Source: Ramazzottius varieornatus
Lineage: Eukaryota > Animalia > Tardigrada
Length of the DNA: 64,000 nt
Assembly (NCBI GenBank): GCA_001949185.1
Contig: BDGG01000008.1
Location: 992,001 to 1,056,000 of the forward strand
Direction: 5' to 3'
The notes under the pieces were generated by a model. That model did not search any database, had not been told where the DNA came from, and was given only the letters and a program-made list of their open reading frames with translations. The position numbers and the translations under genes are program-made. Of the stretch, positions 54,852-64,000 are shown piece by piece; within the stretch, counting starts at the first letter, position 1; each line of letters starts with the position of its first letter.

Positions 54852-56144
54852 ACTTGAACTATTGATAGTATGACGTCAGCTTGATGACGACGACATACTT
54901 CTGTGACAGTGGTGACTGGCAGAGCCGCAGCGCCGCGGCAGCGACCTGTATCGGATCATTCGGATGAAAGAAACTTGTGGTTATGGGACGGTCTCAGTAA
55001 ACAACAATAACAATATTTTGAGTTGATTGTTGGGATGCGTTGTTACCATAGTACTACACATCCTTCATTACCACCAGAATTGATTCCAACCAGTCATTAC
55101 TTTCAGAAATGCAGAGTTTGGACATCGGGGCACAAATGTACAACGCTTTGTAAGTTGTATTCACAAGGACACAGCGCAGCTTATGTTTACATTAAAGCCG
55201 GTCAAGACTCGCTCTTCCTCCGCTAACGTGTGTATGATTGTTATCACTTCTACGCTTTACTTATGCTTACTAGCATTGTGGGGATTATGGACTCAGATTT
55301 TCTTAACATCGGTTGAGTACGGTAGGCCGAAAAATTCTGATGTCGCATCATATCGGTCGGGGTAGTCTCGGTATATAGTTCTCCCTATATAAGAATCCAA
55401 GATTTTCCTTTTGTCTCTTGCCTCGAAGTACAACTACGTCCATGCGTAAACTGTGACCAGTACGAGTGTCCGGAGCAGGAAGAAAAAACTCGCCAATCAA
55501 TCAGTCAAGATTATCAGAGACAGTTTGGACAGCTTTTCATTTGCAAGAACAATGACCGAATGAGCATAACCACCAATCTGCCCAACGGTCAGTTATCCAG
55601 CCTTAAAGTTGACAGAAAGTGGTTTTTTGGGTTTATCTCGGTAGCCGTTGAACGAAAATGTTCGACGTAAGAGGACAAACTGGTACTTTTTCCAGTACCA
55701 ATTCAGTGGGCAGCTTCCGCAGCCAGCGTTTGGATTCTGAAGGGTACTTTGGGCAAACGTTTGCCGATATCAGTGCAGTTTTATGGCACCTTAGTAGTTC
55801 ATCAATCAAATCAAAATAATTGTATGTTTCAGTTTGAAGACCGTCCCGTCACCAAAAGTTTCTTCCATCCCGACCATCCGATACAGGCCGCTACGGCCCT
55901 GGTGACTGAGCTTGCGAATTCATCGATATCTCGATCTTGAAGGTTTCCTTCCACGAGTTAAGGAAGCGCTGTTTTGGTTTCTGAAGTCCTTGAACTTCAA
56001 CCATCGCAGCGCAGCTTTGTTCACTGAATCACTGACTACACTAGGAGCGATCGTCGCAAAATCTTACCTTTGTCCGGTATCTGGTTTGATATCCGATTCG
56101 CCATTGTGACAATCTCTTTCAAATTCAGGAATCAGGACGCAGAC

Positions 56145-59100
56145 ATGACCGATCGTTCTGCTGGATCTAGTCGATCCAACATCTCGGTCAACGATCCGCG
56201 TGAAAAGACTGGTCAAAGCCTGATCACGATCGAGAGGGACTATTCCAAGCGTAGTTATCCAGGTCGGACACCCACCTCGTTTCAAGCCAGACTACCGTTA
56301 GGCTCTCTTCTCTCCTCCACGAAATCGTTCCGGCAGCCACCCAGTCCAGGACTACTCGCTCCTCGTCGACGTCTGTCGAAGCTCTTCTCCGCCACCGCTG
56401 ACGACACGGGACCAGAAGAACCAAGACTGCTCTCTGCACAGTCAGAGAGAGCGTCTAATCCATCGCGCGGCGGTGGACTGCCCATTGGTTATACTGCTTT
56501 CTCCTCCATATCTAATACATCAACGACCCGCTCGTCCACGGGATCTTCGTTGTTCAACGGCGTCCTTGCAGGTCTGAATCCGGGAGACCTAGTCAGGAAC
56601 GTCACGGTAGCAGAAGGTAAGCGGCAGACAAGTAAAAATGTATTTTATACACTTTAAGATGCCTGAAAAAGGACTATCTTGATAGGGTAGCATATAAATT
56701 TACAATCGGTCTTAATTACAGCCATTTTACTGCTTTTGGTTTAAATTTTTATTTTACTCTTCTCAATAGCAAAATTTTTGATATTTTATTTAACAAAAAT
56801 GTTTGCTTTCTCTTTACATAAAATTTAAATTTAAAAAAAAATTAACAGAAATTATCAGACTGTTCACGTTTGATCATTTCCGCCATAGAGTGACGCATGA
56901 CGTCATTCTAATAACGTGGTGACTGTTAAATGTATATTAGTCATCGCTTGATTGACGTACATTTGCTTGGACATTTTGGCTCTTTTGCAGACTCGACCCG
57001 CTCACTCTTTTCTTCGGGAAAGAAGCGCAAACTGGATCTCTCGTCGAGTGTTGACGGAGGTCACAATTCTTCGGCATACTTCTCACCCAACTCAGCTGAT
57101 ACTTCACGACTAGAAACAGACATCAAGCGGCTTGAGTTCGAGCGCGACTCTGCAAGGAAGTTGGTCGAGATGGAACGCCTGCAGATCGACGAGGAACTCC
57201 GCCAACGCAGACTGGAGGAACAGGTACTTTGTTCACCCGTGTTCTATTTTGTAATGGCAAATGACTTACGGATATTCTTCAGGAAAACAACAAGAAGACT
57301 GCAGATATGTGGTCGCAAGCCGAAAAGATCATCGCGGAGAACGATCGTCTGCGAGCTAGCGTGGAAAAGAAGGACACGGAGTTGATCGAAATGAGGAAGA
57401 AGTACGAAGAGCAGATTGCCAGCTTGCAGACTGGAAGAATGGAGAAAGAAAGGCAGTTGGATGCTGTAAGTTAGTCTTTGCTTCTGGCGTGTTGAATTTT
57501 TGTGGCGATTTTCGATCTGCAGAATGTCCGAGAGTTGCGGCTGGAAAGCATTGCGATAAACGAGAAACTTCGCAGGTAAGCTCAAATCCTGAGCGTGGTT
57601 TTGTTTTGGTGCTTGTCTTCTAATACGCACTCCAGTCACTCCACTATCTTCTTGCAGTGTGACAAGAGAACGCGCCGCTTTGTCGGAAGAAAATGCCGTG
57701 CTGCAGAAAAGACTGGCTTCGGCTGACCAGCTTGCAGCGGAAAGAGCCGAGATGAAACACGAAGTCCAGTCTCTGAAGAGTGAGCTTCAGGTCAGCAAAC
57801 TGGTTTCTTGCGTATTCGTTTCCTTCTGCGGTGTGTAGACAGTTTTGGCTTCACAGATCAAAGAAGGCCAGTTAGCTGATGCGCTGAAAGCCAACACGTT
57901 AGCCAGTAACCTTCCAGACGAGCTCAAACAGTACCGTGATCTACAGGCGTCTGTCCCACTTTTGCAGAAGGAGAACCTGAAGCTACGGTTCGCGCATTTT
58001 TGAATCCTTCAGAGTTGCTTTAATATATTGACGCCTGTGCGTTTTGCTTTTCAGGGAAAAAGCGGCGTTGGCTAGAGCGAACGAGGATAAAATTGCGTCG
58101 TTGCAAGAAACTATCACTCGCTATGAGCAACGACAAGCGAGATTTTATGATCTGGAGCTCGAAAACGAGCATCTGAAAAATCGGTTAGGCGAACTCGAAA
58201 CCGATGATATCAGTCTGACCCCGACCAAAAAGCCAGTGTAAGTGGTTCATTGTTGGTCTTCTTTCTAGAATATAATGATGGATATGCATCCCCTCAAATC
58301 TCAGATACGCCCTAGCTTATCCTTTTTTTGTTCGCAGAGGTGTGCAGAGTCTTATCAACAAGGTTACACAGTTGGAATCCAGCCACAAGGCACTGACGGA
58401 GGACCTGTCGCTGAAGAATCAGTGGTAAGTGGCGCAGCTGTTTCGAGTATATAATAGCGCTGCGTAACTTGGCTATGGCACCGGGGTGTGACTGTGATTT
58501 TCCGTCCAGTGTGTCGGCTTTGACGGCGGAAAAGCGTAGTCTGTCCCAACAGCTTGCAGAGCTGAAGTCCGAGTACTCCCTATCCGAGAGCCAGCGCTTA
58601 GCCGCCGAACAAACTTTGCAGGATACCTCGGCTCGTCTCATTACTGTTCAATCGGTACAGTATCAACAACAGTTTTTCCTTATTGCTTCTGATATTTCCA
58701 GTTGAGTTTTTGGCAGTGATTAATTTCTGTTTGCAGGAGCGTGACACGCTGAAGCTGATCAAGGAAACCATAGATTCCAGCACGTCTCGTCGCGATCCAG
58801 TCGTTCAGGCCAAGCTTCGTGACCTGGAAGAGCGCGCTGTTCGCTACCAAGCCTTAGCGACCGACTTCGAGCAAAGATATCAGAAAGCAGAGAAGATCGA
58901 GAAAGAATTGCGAAGCCAGATTGCCAGCTTGGAAAGGCAGCGCACTACCCAAGTTTCACAAAGCTCTCCCAGTCAAGACGTCAACGTTCAACGTGCCAGA
59001 GGTGCCTATAACCCTGCCGAAGTACAAATCCTGAGCTTCGTGAGGAACCCAGCTGACGAAGAGGATAAAGCGTACCGAGCGGAAACGGAGAGGATTCGTG

Positions 59101-59628
59101 AGGAGAACAAGATGCTGCTGGAGAAGCTGAACCAAGTGAAAACTGCGGGATCTTATCCATCGGACCTGACGATGCGGACTGAAGAGTTTCTTCAGGGACC
59201 GGGAGAGGCTATGGAAGGTTTGAAAACTCCTCGATCCTCCGTAAAGAAAATATGTAAACATTATGCGATTATTTTCAGAGTTGAAGAAGCAAGTGGAAAA
59301 GCTGGAGAAAGCCCGCAAAGCCGATATGAATGACTTCAAAAAGACCTCCTCGAGCTTCCGTCAGGTATGTAAGGAGCTTCTGGGATGGAAGCTCCGAGTG
59401 GAGGCAAACAAAGCGGTGCTCCACGTAGCTGAAGGGAGTGCATCGGATGCGGTGGTGTTCGAACGGGAAGACGAGACGAAACCGTGGGAGCTGAAGGCCA
59501 ATAGTTTCACCAATACACATTCCGCCTTTGTGACAGAGTACCTAAATTCACATCACAGTCCACCTGGCTTCTTTGCTAGAATTATTTTGCACATTCTGAG
59601 CGAGCGCACACTGCTTTGTCTGACGTAA
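56145..59628 (+). CDS. MAD1: Mitotic spindle checkpoint protein MAD1
   Basis: Long coiled coil; Mad2-interaction-like motif VQILSFVRNP; C-terminal FRQVCKELLGW...YLNSHHSPPGFFARIILHIL matches the MAD1 RWD-like end. Confidence 0.85.
58429..58468. repeat. N25-like element, shortened and degenerate
   Basis: GTGGCGCAGC...GCTGCGTAAC at a MAD1 splice donor. Confidence 0.45.
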
Positions 59629-60088
59629 TATGTTGTCAGTTTCTCCATGTGAGTTTCCTTGTGGGAAGAGTCTTCAGGTGTTCTTCGTTTCAAACAGCTG
59701 CTTTCTTGATTATCTGTCACCCTTGATTCGCACTATCTTGAGACTGTTTTGAAGAACCTGGGCGCCGACTGAGGTGAGCCACAAATTTAAAAATTACCGA
59801 GGATCGAATGAGAAATGTTTTGTGTAGTTGCGACAGGAATTTGCGTGAAGCTAGGTTCCTGAACAACTTCACGAACGACGATTCAGGCTTCAATGAATAA
59901 ATTTAGGCTGGGTAAAAATCAGCAGTTCCTTGCTGACTGCGGTCGGAGAACTTCAAAAGCTTCCTGACCAAAGACGTGCCCTAACCCTAACTGCTTGATG
60001 GGACGAACATTCCGCTTGAATAACCTAATTTGGCTCGATTCGGCAACTTTTCGGCAACTGCCAACTGGTCGCAAAATCGAGCGGAAGG

Positions 60089-60500
60089 GTATCGGACGCA
60101 TTACTGAGGGATATGATGCATGCAAAGTGGTATCACCGGCTACCTGTTGCAGCTGCTGTCCGACTACCTACGAGGAAGAACCCAGAGAGTAACAGTCGGA
60201 GGCTACTACTGGTCAGGATATCCTCAAGGCTCCGTTCTTGGGCAGCTGTTTTTCATTGTAGCAGTTAACAAGTTCCCCGACTCGGTCAAGTGTGAGCTTT
60301 TCCATTATGCTGACGACCTAGTAGCGCATCGTGTGACGGGGAAGCCAGAAGACCAAGAATGCCTGAACAAGCTGGGGGAGAACTGTGCAAAAGCCGCGGA
60401 CTGAGCCGGAACCTACGCAAGTCGCAGCACATTCGCCTGTCCTTCAAGAGATCAAAAAGTGCGGCGAAGGCGGTGACGGTAAATGCCTTCAAGATCTGGA
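60089..60500 (+). mobile_element. Degenerate non-LTR (LINE, CR1/L2/Jockey-like) reverse transcriptase fragment
   Basis: GITG.LL.LLSDYLRGRTQRV..SGYPQGSVLG.LFFI..N..P.....YADD; frameshifts and stops. Confidence 0.85.
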
Positions 60501-61226
60501 CAAACTGTTTTCCTGATGGCCAACTTCTTAGCCGCTGTGTTTGATATATTTTTGGCAGTTTTTCTCTGGCTCACTTGTCGAATTTTTCAAATTGTATCAA
60601 AGGCTAAGCTATTTTACTGGCGATCATACACGAGTAAAGCTATCATCGTCTTACCAAAGTTTGTTCTCCGTGAAAAATGGGGAAGAAGCGTCCGATTTGC
60701 GCTGTAATCGAAATAACTCAGACATTATCATTCGAGTAGAGGTTAGGGCATTAATGATTATAGAATTCACCACATAGTCGACTTCTGTGCCTTTTTCGCG
60801 AATACCCCTTCACTTTTGCCTTCGTTTTCCCGCCTTTGCTCCAGAGAGCGCATACAACAAGGAACCGCGTGGAGGTACTGGAGTCTGGATTTTCAAACTC
60901 AGAGCCCGCGGCCCCGCCTTCCCTCACTTGTTTCCGCTGACGTCAGGCGCAAATAGTTCGGTTCCGGTCCGGAGCAGCACTGTGTTTTGAACTGTTTTCT
61001 AAGTTATCCAAGGGGCCGACGATTCGACAAGGTACAACCGTTTTACGGTTGATCAGACTGGGTTAATTTGTCTTCTACCCAGTAGTCCAGTACCCACTAC
61101 CCACTGTGGGAACAGTGGCTTTTTCGATCTCCAGTTATTCCGTTGCTTGGCCTAACGGTGCTCGACGTTCTAGTTTGTCTCGGAACTTTCGGCTGCTTGC
61201 GCTTTCGCGTCTCCAGTCTCTGGAGG

Positions 61227-61502
61227 ATGGAAGATAAAGGCAAGGCTGCAAGTGTTCGAGCAGCGGAGGCAGCAGCAAAGCGCGCTGCGGTTTCGACCAT
61301 CTTCTCAAATCCTGCGGGATGGGTTATGGCTGGACTTGTGGCCGGTGGGATCGCTTGGTATATCTACAAGAAGCAGCCTGCGGACACACCTGGTCAGAAG
61401 AGAGATCTGCTTGATAAAGCTACCCATCCTTCGAAAGCTTATGCAGAACTGGCCAAGCCGCAACCTCTTCCGTCTTCCGTCGGAACGGCTTCGCGATCGT
61501 GA
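61227..61502 (+). CDS. Small (~91 aa) single-pass membrane protein, unknown
   Basis: ATG at 61227; TM segment GWVMAGLVAGGIAWYIY followed by KK; intronless; CRE upstream at 60938. Confidence 0.5.
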   Translation: MEDKGKAASVRAAEAAAKRAAVSTIFSNPAGWVMAGLVAGGIAWYIYKKQPADTPGQKRDLLDKATHPSKAYAELAKPQPLPSSVGTASRS

Positions 61503-61894
61503 GGTTCACCCCGATTTCCCGTAAGTGTACGGCTATGATCCCATCTTCATCGCAGAGATCGATACACATGCATGATGAAAACCGCAAGACTGCGCTTCCG
61601 ATATACAGTAATAAGTAATAACACAATGTTATCTCCAGGCCGATTTTGTGGTTCAAGGCTGATTTAGCGCTTGACGTCACTTCGGAAACGTTATACTGTG
61701 AAGTAACCTTTTACTCATGACGTAGTGCGCGCATCAAGCTGACAATCTCAGTTTTATGAATATTTTATTTTACTGGCTCCCATTCGCTTTCTTTCTGCGC
61801 AATCTTCGCTGGATCAACCCCATAACCTCTCAAAAATAATTGGACAGAACGGCACAGCATATTTCCAAAGCAAGAAGCTGACGCGAAAGGCAAA

Positions 61895-62157
61895 TCAGAT
61901 ATCTCTGGTCTCTTTATATTTTCCGCCGTAAAGAGGGATGTATTGAGTGATAACCTTCCAGTCCGTAAGATATAGTCCGAGAAGGCCACCCGCTGCCCCA
62001 AAAGCCATTAATGATGGAGTCCTGGAAAACAAAGCCGTGTGTGACAGAATATCCGGACGAAAAGAAAAGGGCTCAAAAGAGAGGCGAAGTCGTCCACTTA
62101 CCATGCTTTCGCTAGCTCCATATACCGCGGCCCTACAAACTTCGCAATCATACTCAT
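61895..62157 (-). CDS. UQCR11: Cytochrome b-c1 complex subunit 10 (exons 62102-62157, 61895-62021)
   Basis: [19 protein letters not shown]|[35 protein letters not shown]; the GPRY..L...W and TDW..I...P...GK signature. Confidence 0.92.
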
Positions 62158-64000
62158 TTTGATACGGGAGATCGACTGTGTTCCAGATGAGCCAGAGATC
62201 AAGGTAATCAACCAACTTAAGCCCAATAGTACAATGTTTCTGCACCTAGGGAACGTTGCAACTTTCAAACGGGAAGAAAACGTTTTTATTTTCAGGAAAC
62301 TTCATCAAGGGCGCAACGGTGCAACTCTCACATCTGATGTCGCACGATCTGAGCCACCCAGACAGTCGGACAGTCATGTCATGCTAAAGTCTGTCATGTC
62401 ATGCTGTATTGCCCAGGTACATACGGTACTGTATGTACGTAGGGGGTTCAATAAGTTTTAAGGCACAGTCCACCTTAAAGTGCTATTTTCCACAGCACGC
62501 TTGTGAAAGACAGACTATCTCTTTTAATCACTATCCTCAGAAGATGAGGTACCTGGCACTCGCACAGAAGGAGAAATAGTTTTTTAAAAAAATGCGAAAA
62601 ACTGTTTTTCGATTTTCTTCATAAACTCGCGCATTTTGGAATGTTATCCTTATGTTAGCCGCGCCGATGGTGGAAATGTTGTTTCTCGAATATCTAAGAT
62701 GGATGCTTTTCTAGCGCTTCGACAAAACAGCAACTAGAGTGTCAAGGGAATACAGAGTGAAAACTTGCTTTGATCAGGGATGGAAACCTGGCGGAGAGAA
62801 CAGAAAAGTTTGCAAAATCCGGCTGGTGATCAGGTAACGCACCACCTGATTTTCCCCCGTTTCACTTGCGCATTTTCACTTTGTGCAAAAATGAAATTTC
62901 TTCTCAAGCCCTGACAGCGGTCAAGACTTCCCTCTGCAGTTCTGCTCAAACTAGTCACTAGACATCCCTCTTTCATCCAGTGCTGAAGGCAAACTTGAAC
63001 GGACAATCGGGAAGAAACTACATAATTTCTTCTAAAACGCGGAGCCCTAAAAAACCTCCCTCCATGTACCTCACAACATTTTTTTAACGGATGACTCCCC
63101 AGCCTAGGCTCTAATTGTGCCGGGTTGCCCATAAGTTACTCTATACCCGAGGAAAAAAACTGCAGAGATGGAACGAGCAGAGAGATTAGGGGAGGCAGAG
63201 GAACCGCTGTATATACCGTAGAGGCGCAAAACATGGAAGCGGTAGAGGCACTTACCACTCCGGCGAACAAGACCATTGGTCCGATACGCACAGAGGCCAC
63301 GCCCCGGCAGACTCGGTTACATTACGGTCACTCGACTGTTAGATTGATAAGATTCCTAGGTCATACAGTTTAAGACAAGATTAACCGTTAAAAATGGGCG
63401 TAATACTGCAGCTGGAGGTTATTTACGACCCAGCCAATGAGAATCATATTTCATCCATCTGGCTCCATCCAACACCCGAGTTTAACGGTGTATTTTGTCG
63501 TACAGTGCACAGCGTCCAAGCACGATGATATGGAACCGTGCAGACTCAACAGGACACTGCAATGCCAACGTCCACCAGTAGTCCGAGCGTTCACAGGTTG
63601 CGAGGAGAAAGCAGCAGATGGAAGGAAGCTAAGAAGCTTCGTCGAGCACGGGATGTCAAGCTGCTTACGCAATAACCTGGTGATTTCATTCAGAAGTGAT
63701 TTATGTATCACGTGCCTCGCTCACCCGTGAGCCATGTTCGTTTGCCCACGTGGTTCGATACTTACGGTAGCAGCTGCGCAGTGAGCCGTATTCAGGTGCT
63801 TGCCGGACCTACGCCACAAACGCAGGCGCTTCATGTACCTGCATATATTGTTGATGGGCAACGACTCGATCTCTCAGGTAAGGCCGAACTGTCGGTTTGT
63901 CCAAGCAGCTAAAGGTCATCCATTTGACCTCGACCTGAAATAGTCGCTAGTCCGGCAGTGACTTTAACATTGGAAGACTGGCGTGACGTACGTACGCGTT

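Noticed and set aside
50300-56000. Numerous 60-130 aa ORFs
   Set aside because: No domain signatures or coherent exon chains; treated as chance ORFs in non-coding DNA.
62457-64000. Possible Kolobok-like end (TTAAGGCACAGTCCAC) and transposon remnants
   Set aside because: No partner terminus or recognisable ORF within the window.

Overview
Gene-dense, intron-containing animal DNA with short GT-AG introns and roughly balanced base composition. A compact ecdysozoan genome such as a tardigrade is plausible, but that is inference. Genes in order: the 3' part of a low-complexity gene; a SHOX-type paired-like homeobox gene (-) whose intron holds a complete 5S rRNA gene and a TA-flanked MITE; Nup188 (-), with an F-box gene nested antisense in its second-to-last intron; a PHD-finger gene; a PMCA-type Ca2+-ATPase that appears to lack the calmodulin-binding tail; a secreted, apparently catalytically dead astacin with a hemopexin-like C-terminus; a GH31 alpha-glucosidase (-); calmodulin (-); DCST1/sneaky; an orphan class-A GPCR (-); MAD1; a LINE RT remnant; a small single-TM ORF; and UQCR11 (-). 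The most striking unexplained structure is a dispersed palindromic element present in about 25 copies: GTGGCGCAC-N25-GTGCGCCAC. The arms and the 25-nt spacing are conserved while the spacer sequence has diverged heavily, and the copies lie almost entirely in introns. Exon boundaries were assigned by eye.
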